A stretch of DNA of 64,000 bases, from NCBI GenBank assembly GCA_030532065.1, contig JAUNLW010000001.1:240132-304131 (forward strand), given 5' to 3'. Made by a program: the position numbers and the translations under genes. This DNA is from Eubacteriales bacterium. GTDB taxonomy: Bacteria; Bacillota; Clostridia; Saccharofermentanales; DTU023. The notes beneath the pieces are model-generated. The model searched no databases. It was not told the DNA's origin and saw only the letters and a program-made list of their open reading frames with translations. This document shows positions 9,401 through 16,692 of the stretch, one piece after another (positions within the stretch are counted from its first letter, which is position 1; each line of letters begins with the position of its first letter).

Positions 9401-9718
9401 ATGACTTTAGAACTTACAGATAAAAATTTCCAAACAGAAGTATTGGAAAACAAAAATCCTGTTTTGGTAGATTTCTGGGCCAGCTGGTGTGGACCTTGCC
9501 GTGCTACCGGTCCCATTGTTGATCAATTGGCTGAGAACTACGAAGGCAAACTGGTCGTAGGTAAGGTAAACGTTGATGATAACCAACCTTTAGCCGAGCG
9601 CTATAAGGTCATGAGTATCCCCACTCTGATCATTTTCAAAAACGGTGAGATCGTTAAAGAAATGGTTGGTGCTAGACCCTATGATGAGTTGGCTGCTGAG
9701 GTAGATAAGGTCCTCTAA
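9401..9718 (+). CDS. trxA: Thioredoxin
   Basis: The active site is WCGPC, the length is 105 aa, and a strong SD AGGAGG is present. Confidence 0.96.
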   Translation: MTLELTDKNFQTEVLENKNPVLVDFWASWCGPCRATGPIVDQLAENYEGKLVVGKVNVDDNQPLAERYKVMSIPTLIIFKNGEIVKEMVGARPYDELAAEVDKVL

Positions 9719-9749
9719 GATCTGCTAATTCAAAGTAAACAAAAGCAAA

Positions 9750-9786
9750 AGGCGCAAGTCTCAAATCGAGAACTGCGCCTTTTTTA
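9750..9786 (+). terminator. Intrinsic terminator of trxA
   Basis: The stem AGGCGCA / TGCGCCT is followed by TTTTT. Confidence 0.75.
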
Positions 9787-9828
9787 CGAAATGAAAGCTT
9801 GTTTCTTATTGAGAAAGCCGAACGGTTG

Positions 9829-10476
9829 CTACTTCTTAAGCAAGGGCCTTAAAGGCATGTAAAGGAAGCCAACAGCTACGGATATAACTGCTCCCTTGAT
9901 GAGGTTGAAGGGCACGAATACCCAGGTGATCAGACTGGGCAGATCGTGCACTAGCGTGTTACCACTGGCATTAGTCAAGCTGATGATGGCATCCATTTGG
10001 AAACCCATCACGTTGACGTAAAAGGGAATGTTAATGAAGTAGTTAAAGACGCAACCAACCAGCGCCATGGCCAGAGTGCCAAAAAACATGCTTAGATAGG
10101 CTGCTCTACGGGTGCTGTGCTTTTTATAGATAAGACCGGCCACAGCTACAAAACTGCTGCCGATAATAAAGTTGGCCAGTTCTCCCACGCACATGGTTGT
10201 GGTGAAGGGAAGATGCAGTAAATTCTTTACAAATTCTACAATCACGCCTGCTAAAGGTCCCATGCTGAAAGAGGCGAGTAAAGCCGGAATCTCACTGAAG
10301 TCAAATTTGAGAAAAGCTGGCATCAGCGGAACGGAAAACTCCAGCAGCATGAGCACAAAGGCGAGGCAGGAAAGGATTCCTAGCTTGGCAATAGTATGAG
10401 TATGCGTTTTCTTTTGCTCAAGGGTGTAGTTTTTAGCCTCATTGGCTGTCAGTGTGGCGGTTTTTTCTTGGTACAT
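9829..10476 (-). CDS. ribU: ECF-transporter S component, riboflavin type (RibU-like)
   Basis: It is a ~6-TM, 215-aa protein with the FDFSEIPALLASFSMGPLAG block. It sits directly downstream of an FMN riboswitch. Confidence 0.75.
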   Translation of the reverse strand: MYQEKTATLTANEAKNYTLEQKKTHTHTIAKLGILSCLAFVLMLLEFSVPLMPAFLKFDFSEIPALLASFSMGPLAGVIVEFVKNLLHLPFTTTMCVGELANFIIGSSFVAVAGLIYKKHSTRRAAYLSMFFGTLAMALVGCVFNYFINIPFYVNVMGFQMDAIISLTNASGNTLVHDLPSLITWVFVPFNLIKGAVISVAVGFLYMPLRPLLKK

Positions 10477-10513
10477 TTTGTTTCTCCTTAGGCTTTAATT
10501 TGCCTCAGGGCAT

Positions 10514-10546
10514 AAAAAACCCGACCCAATAAGAGTCGGGGTTTTT
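10514..10546 (-). terminator. Riboswitch expression-platform terminator (attenuator) upstream of ribU
   Basis: The minus strand reads AAAAACCCCGAC-TCTTATTG-GGTCGGGTTTTTT, a GC stem plus a U-run between the aptamer and the ribU SD. Confidence 0.75.
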
Positions 10547-10565
10547 ACATAAGAAGTTAACAAAT

Positions 10566-10700
10566 TAGCGTTTCCTCTCATCCAGACTTTACTGTCGGTC
10601 AAGGACTCTCACCTTGTCGGATCATTGCGGATCTCGCGGACTCAAGCTTTTCTTGCTAATACCGCCGGTAGGGAATTGCACCCTGCCCCGAAAACGCCTC
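10566..10700 (-). promoter_or_regulatory. FMN riboswitch (RFN element)
   Basis: The minus strand reads GGAGGCGTTTTCGGGGCAGGGTGCAATTCCCTACCGGCGGTA...AGTCCGCGAG...GATCCGACAAGGTGAGAGTCCTTGACCGACAGTAAAGTCTGGATGAGAGGAAACG. This matches the conserved RFN core blocks (GGGGCAGGGTG.AATTCC..ACCGGCGGT, CCGACAGT..AGTCTGGATG.GAG). Confidence 0.88.
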
Positions 10701-10701
10701 C

Positions 10702-10730
10702 ATTCTAGCACTGACTCCGGCCTCTTGCAA
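10702..10730 (-). promoter_or_regulatory. Promoter driving the FMN riboswitch and ribU
   Basis: On the minus strand: TTGCAA (10730-10725), a 17-nt spacer, then TAGAAT (10707-10702), immediately 5' of the aptamer. Confidence 0.6.
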
Positions 10731-10735
10731 GGCGA

Positions 10736-11059
10736 CTAAAGACCTTTGACACTGTAAGCCGGCGTAACCAGCAGTTGACCTATACCTGTGTTAGCAAAAT
10801 CGAACTTCTGTTCCAGAGCCAGAATCAAACTTTTGACCTTATCCTGGGGAGTTACGATCAGAATCAAGGCTATCTGTTCCTCCAGCTCTACATTCCAGAA
10901 GGTTTCCTGCTTTTGATGGCTGCTGGATCTGGTTTTAAAAATAGTGGCGCCGCTGGAGCCGTTGTCTTCGGCAACCTGGATTACTTCATCAACCAAAGAA
11001 GGAGTCACAAAGACATGAATTATACTAGGCATGTTCAATCTCCTGTCCATAGAGGCCAA
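10736..11059 (-). CDS. P-II-like (GlnB-fold) small regulatory protein. The start is probably ATG 11032 (MPSIIHVF...).
   Basis: The beta-alpha-beta pattern IIHVFVTPSLVDEVIQVAEDNGSSGATIF...ALILIVTPQDKV resembles the P-II family. It is the last gene of the DUF1538 operon. Confidence 0.55.
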   Translation of the reverse strand: MASMDRRLNMPSIIHVFVTPSLVDEVIQVAEDNGSSGATIFKTRSSSHQKQETFWNVELEEQIALILIVTPQDKVKSLILALEQKFDFANTGIGQLLVTPAYSVKGL

Positions 11060-11738
11060 CTACCCGGCTTAAAGGGTAGGCGTACTGGATACCGGTGTTC
11101 TCCTTGTGCATCTCAAAATGATGCTCCAAAGCGGCGGATACCTTGTCTAAGATTTCTGTTTCCAAAACCATGAGCACTACATCTTTTTGTGGCTCGATCG
11201 GGAAGTCAAAAAGCATTTGGCTGTGACTGGAAGCGCCTCGCGCGTGAATAAAGGTTGCTCCCTTGGCGCCGGCTTCCTCTGCCACCCCGACAACCTCTTC
11301 TCCCAGACCGTAATCTACCACGCAGTGCAAGGCCACATAGCGTACCTCATGCAGCATGGACTCAGTTGATCGAAGTTCATTGAAGCGTAAGTGCTGACCT
11401 TGGTCATCTAAACCACAGAAATATTGGAGAGGGCAAGTAAAGGCAATGCCTTTGCCGGCTTCGCGCAAATTAAGTTTATCGGTGGCCAAGTCCAGGATCT
11501 GACCGATCTCAGACTTGCTTTGTACAATAAGAATTATGTCCCGCTTGACTTCACTCAGACCCAATATCTGCAAGAACTTACTGGGGCGTGAACCACTGCC
11601 TAAGAGCACGGTGGCACCGGTAGAAAAGTGTGCGCGCAGGCCGGCGAGCAACTTAGCGCTTTGATTGCGATCCACGATAAAACAGAGCAGCTCATAATCA
11701 GTGAGAGCGGAGCTGATGTCAGTATTAGGAGTTGACAC
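11025..11738 (-). CDS. Tandem P-II-like domain protein
   Basis: Two repeats of the same fold pattern are present (LLCFIVDRNQSAKLLAGLRAHFSTGATVL...; ALHCVVDYGLGEEVVGVAEEAGAKGATFIHARGA...). It overlaps the permease gene by 14 nt. Confidence 0.5.
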   Translation of the reverse strand: MSTPNTDISSALTDYELLCFIVDRNQSAKLLAGLRAHFSTGATVLLGSGSRPSKFLQILGLSEVKRDIILIVQSKSEIGQILDLATDKLNLREAGKGIAFTCPLQYFCGLDDQGQHLRFNELRSTESMLHEVRYVALHCVVDYGLGEEVVGVAEEAGAKGATFIHARGASSHSQMLFDFPIEPQKDVVLMVLETEILDKVSAALEHHFEMHKENTGIQYAYPLSRVVGLYGQEIEHA

Positions 11739-13242
11739 GAGATACCTCCTTCTTGTTTTGTTTACGTGCCTTTACCTTGTAGATTAAACCCAGTATTTGC
11801 AGGGATACCAGAGGTGAGGTACAGACTAAGGCGATAACTCCGTAGCCTTTTTGTACGACAAGGGTGGGGTCCAGGGCATAAGCCGCGCCTTGAGCGAAGG
11901 TGAGAACGAAGGTGGCGGTCATTGGACCGGAAACTACTCCGCCCGAGTCAAAAGCAATACCGGTAAAGAGTTCGTCGTTAATAAAACTGAGAGCTATAGC
12001 AATAATGTAAAGTGGTAATAAGATATACCACAGCTGTAGACCAGGAATAATGATCCGTAGGATGGAGATGGCTACCGCGATAGCTACACCCAAGCTCAGG
12101 AAGATCATGACTAATTTGTGTGATATGGCACCGGAGGTCTGTTCCTGAATCTGCTTGGTAAGAACATGCACTGCCGGTTCAGCCAGCACCGTTGTCATGC
12201 CCAGGAAAAAGCCCAGGACTACCATCAACCAGGTGGGGTAGCTACGCATGATATGCATGGATAAGAGCTGAGCAGTCTGCATAAAGCCGCCTTCAGCACC
12301 AATGGTAAAAATGGCCAGACCAAGGATGCAGTAGATGAGTCCCACAAAGATACGCCCGTATTCTCTAATTCTGGTTTCTTTGGTAAACCCGTTGATCAAA
12401 AGGAAAATGACTGTAAGAGGCATAATTGCCATGGCAGCCTGGCGGAACATGGGGCCCGTTACGGCTTTAAAAGGATCGAAGAAAAAGCTGCCGGATTCTG
12501 ACAGCAGCAATTCACCCTGCAAAGAGCCTTGGCCAGACAGGGTTCCGAGAAAGAGCACTGCAATTACCGCGCCGCTGGAGGCCAGTCCGACCATGCCGAA
12601 AGTTTCTGATCCGTCACGTGAAGAGCTACGTGCCATAGCCGCCAGACCGGTGGACAGAGCCAGGAGGAAGGGAGTCGTAATAGCGCCAGTGGTAGCTCCG
12701 CAGGCATCGAAAGCCATGGCCAGATATTCTGAGGGGCTAAGTAATGCCAGGACCAGCACGACCAGATAGGCTGACACGAAGAGGTATCTGAGCTTTATTT
12801 GCTTAAATATACGCCAGAAGCCCAGCATGACCATGAAGCCTAAACCGGTGGAAACTGCTAACATCAGCTGAGTATAACCCAGGCCGCCCTGCGTCAGGTC
12901 ATCTATATTGCGGGCCAGGATCATGAGATCTGGCTCGGCAATATTGATCAAAAAACCGAGAGCGAGAGCGGCAGGTAAAACAATAAAGAGCTTACCTGTG
13001 CGCGCGAGACTTCGGCTCAGAGAGGAGCCAATCGGAGCGATGCTGGTGTCAATGCCCAACAGAAATATGGTGAGCCCAACTAATACCAGGCCGGCTGCAA
13101 ATAAGAAACGGCCGCATTGCATGCCGTCTAAAGGGCGGAAAAGTAATTGGAGCACCAAAACAAATAGCGTGACGGGCAAGACGGAAGCAAGCACTTCTTG
13201 AAATTTTTCTTTGAGTACGGTCAAAACCTTCTCCTTAACCAT
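11725..13242 (-). CDS. DUF1538-type polytopic membrane protein (putative permease)
   Basis: It has ~12 predicted TM helices, and the family is recalled from its usual pairing with P-II-like genes. ATG 13242 lacks an SD. An in-frame TTG at 13224 is preceded by AAGGAG with a 6-nt spacer and may be the real start. Confidence 0.6.
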   Translation of the reverse strand: MVKEKVLTVLKEKFQEVLASVLPVTLFVLVLQLLFRPLDGMQCGRFLFAAGLVLVGLTIFLLGIDTSIAPIGSSLSRSLARTGKLFIVLPAALALGFLINIAEPDLMILARNIDDLTQGGLGYTQLMLAVSTGLGFMVMLGFWRIFKQIKLRYLFVSAYLVVLVLALLSPSEYLAMAFDACGATTGAITTPFLLALSTGLAAMARSSSRDGSETFGMVGLASSGAVIAVLFLGTLSGQGSLQGELLLSESGSFFFDPFKAVTGPMFRQAAMAIMPLTVIFLLINGFTKETRIREYGRIFVGLIYCILGLAIFTIGAEGGFMQTAQLLSMHIMRSYPTWLMVVLGFFLGMTTVLAEPAVHVLTKQIQEQTSGAISHKLVMIFLSLGVAIAVAISILRIIIPGLQLWYILLPLYIIAIALSFINDELFTGIAFDSGGVVSGPMTATFVLTFAQGAAYALDPTLVVQKGYGVIALVCTSPLVSLQILGLIYKVKARKQNKKEVSRVNS

Positions 13243-13383
13243 CTTTAGAAGTGGAAGCTAAAGCCACTCGCATATATTGTGCAAGCAGTGTGGACCCCGT
13301 AACCGTAGGTCAAGTAGCTTCGTCCAGATGGGCTAATTTTAGCAGTTATGATGGAGCTCTAGCAAATGTTTGCTCTGTTCACA

Positions 13384-13392
13384 TGATAGAAT
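13384..13392 (+). promoter_or_regulatory. Extended -10 promoter (TGaTAGAAT) for the DUF368 gene
   Basis: TG at 13384-85 and TAGAAT at 13387-92. It is flanked by the inverted repeat GTTCACA (13377-83) / TGTGAAC (13399-405). Confidence 0.4.
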
Positions 13393-13437
13393 GCTTACTG
13401 TGAACCTGTAACAAGCAAAGGAGCAGTAAATAGAACA

Positions 13438-14364
13438 ATGCAAACAGTTGATCTACAGCATCAAAGTGGAGGTGGCTATGATCCACCGGCAAATCCTGGT
13501 GGCAAAGACTGGTTTCTGCGCTTCTTTAAAGGAGTGCTGGTGGGAATTGGCGCTATCTTGCCGGGACTGTCCGGTGGTGTGCTGGCAGTTATCTTCCGTC
13601 TATATACGCCGATCATGCGCTTCTTGGGCAAGATAACCTATCGTTTCTCAGATAATCTACGTTATTTTCTACCGGTAGCTTTGGGACTAGCGGGCGGAGT
13701 CTTTATTTTCGCTTTCTTTGTGTCCGCTGCTCTGGGCTCTTATGCCAGCTTTTTTACCTGCCTTTTCGTTGGCCTGGTAATCGGCACCTTCCCCTCTCTT
13801 TATCGTGAAGCGGGAGCCAAAGGTCGTCAAACACGCAACTTTGTCTATCTTGCCATCGCGGCCTGCCTGATTTTTGCCTTGATGCTGGTTGGAGAGCGTC
13901 GACTGACTCAGGTTGAGCCTAATTTACCGGTTTGGTTTCTGGTAGGAGCCATTGTTGGCCTGGGCGTTATCGTGCCGGGTCTCAGCCCGTCTAACTTTTT
14001 GATCTATTTTGGCCTTTATAAACCTATGTCCGATGCCATAAAAAGCCTGGACTGGCCGGCAGTTATTCCTATTGGCATTGGTGGCCTGGTCAGCGTATTA
14101 CTCCTGACCAAGCCGGTAAACTATCTGCTGGATAAGCATTACGCAGCCATTTATCACACTATCCTGGGACTGGTAATTGGTTCTTCCTTAGCTATATTGC
14201 CTACGGTTATCATTCCCGGCCTTAGTTCTGCTAAACTAGCGGAATTAGGCTTGAGCTTACCACTAGCCCTCTTGATTTGCCTGGGCTTCCTTTTGGTTGG
14301 TGTTCTTGCTTCTACGGCCTTCAACCGCTTGAGCCCCGATGAGGCGGAGGCTAGTCAAAAATAG
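13438..14364 (+). CDS. DUF368 family membrane protein (family proposed as undecaprenyl-phosphate translocase, PopT-like)
   Basis: It is polytopic and has two PGLSGG / PGLSPS repeats (ILPGLSGGVLAVIF, VIVPGLSPSNFLIYFG) typical of DUF368. Confidence 0.65.
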   Translation: MQTVDLQHQSGGGYDPPANPGGKDWFLRFFKGVLVGIGAILPGLSGGVLAVIFRLYTPIMRFLGKITYRFSDNLRYFLPVALGLAGGVFIFAFFVSAALGSYASFFTCLFVGLVIGTFPSLYREAGAKGRQTRNFVYLAIAACLIFALMLVGERRLTQVEPNLPVWFLVGAIVGLGVIVPGLSPSNFLIYFGLYKPMSDAIKSLDWPAVIPIGIGGLVSVLLLTKPVNYLLDKHYAAIYHTILGLVIGSSLAILPTVIIPGLSSAKLAELGLSLPLALLICLGFLLVGVLASTAFNRLSPDEAEASQK

Positions 14365-14379
14365 CCTGTCCCGCCAACG

Positions 14380-14408
14380 TTGACAATTGGAATAAGTGAT
14401 GTTTTAAT
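14380..14408 (+). promoter_or_regulatory. Candidate promoter of the ferredoxin gene
   Basis: TTGACA (14380-85), a 17-nt spacer, then TTTAAT (14403-08). Confidence 0.4.
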
Positions 14409-14490
14409 GACTTTGGCTAATGAGCCTAGCTGATTAGTCAACAATATTTTGCTCATGCACAGCACGGTTGCTATATAAGGAGGTAAACCT

Positions 14491-14661
14491 ATGCCACATG
14501 TGATTTCTGATGCCTGCATTATGTGCGGAAGCTGCGAGGGTGTTTGCCCTGTAAGCGCTATTTCTGCCGGTGATACCCAGTACCAGATCGATCCTTCTGT
14601 CTGCATCGACTGCGGCGCTTGCGCCGGTGTATGCCCGGTAGGCGCTATTTCTCAGGAATAG
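14491..14661 (+). CDS. fdx: 2x[4Fe-4S] clostridial-type ferredoxin, 56 aa (absent from the ORF track)
   Basis: Translation is MPHVISDACIMCGSCEGVCPVSAISAGDTQYQIDPSVCIDCGACAGVCPVGAISQE, with two CxxCxxCxxxCP motifs. An SD AAGGAGG lies 7 nt upstream. Confidence 0.88.
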   Translation: MPHVISDACIMCGSCEGVCPVSAISAGDTQYQIDPSVCIDCGACAGVCPVGAISQE

Positions 14662-14725
14662 TTAATTTGATCTTGACCAGTCATTATGATTGGTTTGAAA
14701 AGGTCGACCTTGCTGGCCGGCCTTT

Positions 14726-16471
14726 TTATTTTCCCGGATATTTTTGGCGTAGGCGTTCCCAAGTGGCCAAATTGCCTCGTGGCAGATCTTCGTAATCTGC
14801 GCGAATAGCCGAAGCGAGTTGTCCATCTTCTTTTTGGCCATAAGCTAAAACGAAGTCATAAAAACGGCTAAAAAATTCATCGCGTGAAAGTGAGCGATCC
14901 AGGAGACCGTTTCTATAGAAGTATTTACCAGCCTGCAGGAAGAAATCAAAGTTATCCCAGTCAGTGGGCGGTTGCAAATTATCCTGACCTGATTCTGGCA
15001 GGGAAATTCCAAAATACGCAGCATCTTTTTGGGCCAAATTCTTATTTAATTCTAGAATTAGTTCTCGGGAACGCTGAAAAACACCTTCGCTGTTAAAACG
15101 CTCAAATACGGATTCCAAGTGCTTCAATTCTCGCAATTCCTGATAAGTCAAAAGATCAGTGGCTAAAACTTCGTATGGAGCTTCTCTCTCCCAGATAAAG
15201 CCACGCTTAGCGGCATCTGTAGCCATGGCTGTTCCTTTTAACACTTTAAGAAAGCCCAACTGGATCTGCTCAGCACGGCTGGTGAGGATGAGACGGAAGG
15301 AGCGAGCGATGGAATCCATATCCTGCTCTGGCAGTCCAAAGATCAAATCAGCGTGGCAGTGGACGCGACCTTGCTCTGCCAGTATCTGCAGTGATCGTAA
15401 GATATCAGCTGTTTCGGGAGCACGGTTGACTGCGCGTAAGACGCGAGGAGAAAAGCTTTGTATACCGACCTCAAACTGGAACAATCCTTGAGGCGCTTCT
15501 GCCAAGAGTTCAAAATCCTTCCGCTCCAGGAGTCTGGCTTCAATCTCGAAATGGAAACGCGTAAAAGGCGGGAAATTCTGCTCTCCTTTGAGATAACTTT
15601 TATAAGTGTTAGCCAGGTTTTTATCCTGAGTTAGGCGCTCTTGAGTATGATCAATTAAGAAACGCCAAATCTCACGCGCGCGACTAGGAGCGGCGTTAAA
15701 GCTTCGGTCAATAAATTTAACCAGAGGGGTAGCCTGTTCCATGAAGTAACCGAGCTCCGGTTTTACCAGATCCAAACTTCTCACTCTCAGTTTATGGTCC
15801 AAAGAGGAGAGGCAGTAAGAACAGTTGAAAGGACAACCACGTGAACTTTCGTAGTATACGTAGCGATGTTCTAAGTTTTCGAGACCATTTGGATAGAGGA
15901 AAGGCAATTGGTCAAGCGGAACTATTTCTGGATCCGGGCAATGGTGGAAATCACCCAGATCATCCAGCCAGGCAAAACCGGGAATAGGGTATTTAGCCTG
16001 AGCCTTAAGTTCCAGTAGACGGGGAAGGAGCAGGCTATAGGGGAGTTCACCTTCACCGGTGGAGATGATATCCACACCTTCAATTTCCCGTAGACTTGCT
16101 TCAGGGCTATAAGCTACTTCAGGGCCACCCAGGCCTATAAGCAGCTGGGGTTGCACTTGCTTTAAGTCTGCGACAATACATTTGATCAGCTCAATATTCC
16201 AAATATAGGCAGAGAAAAAACAGGCGTCAGCCTGGCAATCACAGATTTTATTGAGGATAAGGTCTTTGCTCTGGTTGATATTGTGTTCCAAAAAGATCAG
16301 CTCCGGCAGTTTAGCTGCGGGGACTTTGGCGCGCACATAGTTCAGGATAGAACGAATTGCTGGGTTGGAATGTGTAAAACGGGCATCCAGAGCCACAAAA
16401 ACGACTTTTGCTCCTTTGTCCCTGCTCGAGACAGTAGAAGTTGTGAGTTGAGGTGTTTTAATTTGTTCCAT
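14726..16471 (-). CDS. B12-binding-domain radical SAM protein (DUF4080-type C-terminus)
   Basis: The radical SAM cluster motif is GCPFNCSYC. The N-terminal Rossmann-like region is typical of cobalamin-binding class B enzymes. The length is 581 aa. Confidence 0.75.
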   Translation of the reverse strand: MEQIKTPQLTTSTVSSRDKGAKVVFVALDARFTHSNPAIRSILNYVRAKVPAAKLPELIFLEHNINQSKDLILNKICDCQADACFFSAYIWNIELIKCIVADLKQVQPQLLIGLGGPEVAYSPEASLREIEGVDIISTGEGELPYSLLLPRLLELKAQAKYPIPGFAWLDDLGDFHHCPDPEIVPLDQLPFLYPNGLENLEHRYVYYESSRGCPFNCSYCLSSLDHKLRVRSLDLVKPELGYFMEQATPLVKFIDRSFNAAPSRAREIWRFLIDHTQERLTQDKNLANTYKSYLKGEQNFPPFTRFHFEIEARLLERKDFELLAEAPQGLFQFEVGIQSFSPRVLRAVNRAPETADILRSLQILAEQGRVHCHADLIFGLPEQDMDSIARSFRLILTSRAEQIQLGFLKVLKGTAMATDAAKRGFIWEREAPYEVLATDLLTYQELRELKHLESVFERFNSEGVFQRSRELILELNKNLAQKDAAYFGISLPESGQDNLQPPTDWDNFDFFLQAGKYFYRNGLLDRSLSRDEFFSRFYDFVLAYGQKEDGQLASAIRADYEDLPRGNLATWERLRQKYPGK

Positions 16472-16507
16472 AATTTCACTTTTTATCTGATATTTATTTG
16501 AGCCATT

Positions 16508-16543
16508 ATACTCCAGCTATACTCCAGCGGTCATCTGGAGTAC
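16508..16543. repeat. 11-bp tandem direct repeat overlapping an 8-bp perfect inverted repeat (candidate operator)
   Basis: TATACTCCAGC occurs at 16508-18 and again at 16519-29. TACTCCAG (16521-28), a 7-nt spacer, then CTGGAGTA (16536-43). Confidence 0.6.
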
Positions 16544-16625
16544 GAGATAACTGTTGCTACAAACTTAAGGCATAGGCCGAGATAGGGCAAATTTTTGGAA
16601 ATTTAAGTAAAAAATAGCAGCTTTA

Positions 16626-16654
16626 TTGAGCCGTTATAGGCTTTTTGCTAGAAT
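16626..16654 (+). promoter_or_regulatory. Candidate promoter of bcd-etfBA
   Basis: TTGAGC (16626-31), a 17-nt spacer, then TAGAAT (16649-54). Confidence 0.5.
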
Positions 16655-16692
16655 TGAAGTTATGAAATGTCAATCGAGGAGGTAGACAGATT

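Noticed and set aside
13243-13340. Possible riboswitch (c-di-AMP/ydaO-like) in the 5' region of the DUF1538 operon, prompted by an ACGGGGTCCA segment on the minus strand.
   Set aside because: Only one short block resembles the motif. I could not find the paired pseudo-symmetric halves or a terminator. An Rfam cmscan would be needed, so it is not reported as a feature.
14449-14477. A second promoter-like match (TTGCTC-17-TATATA) lies immediately upstream of the ferredoxin gene.
   Set aside because: Transcription from it would start at or inside the AAGGAGG SD, leaving no ribosome-binding site. The upstream TTGACA-17-TTTAAT match is preferred.
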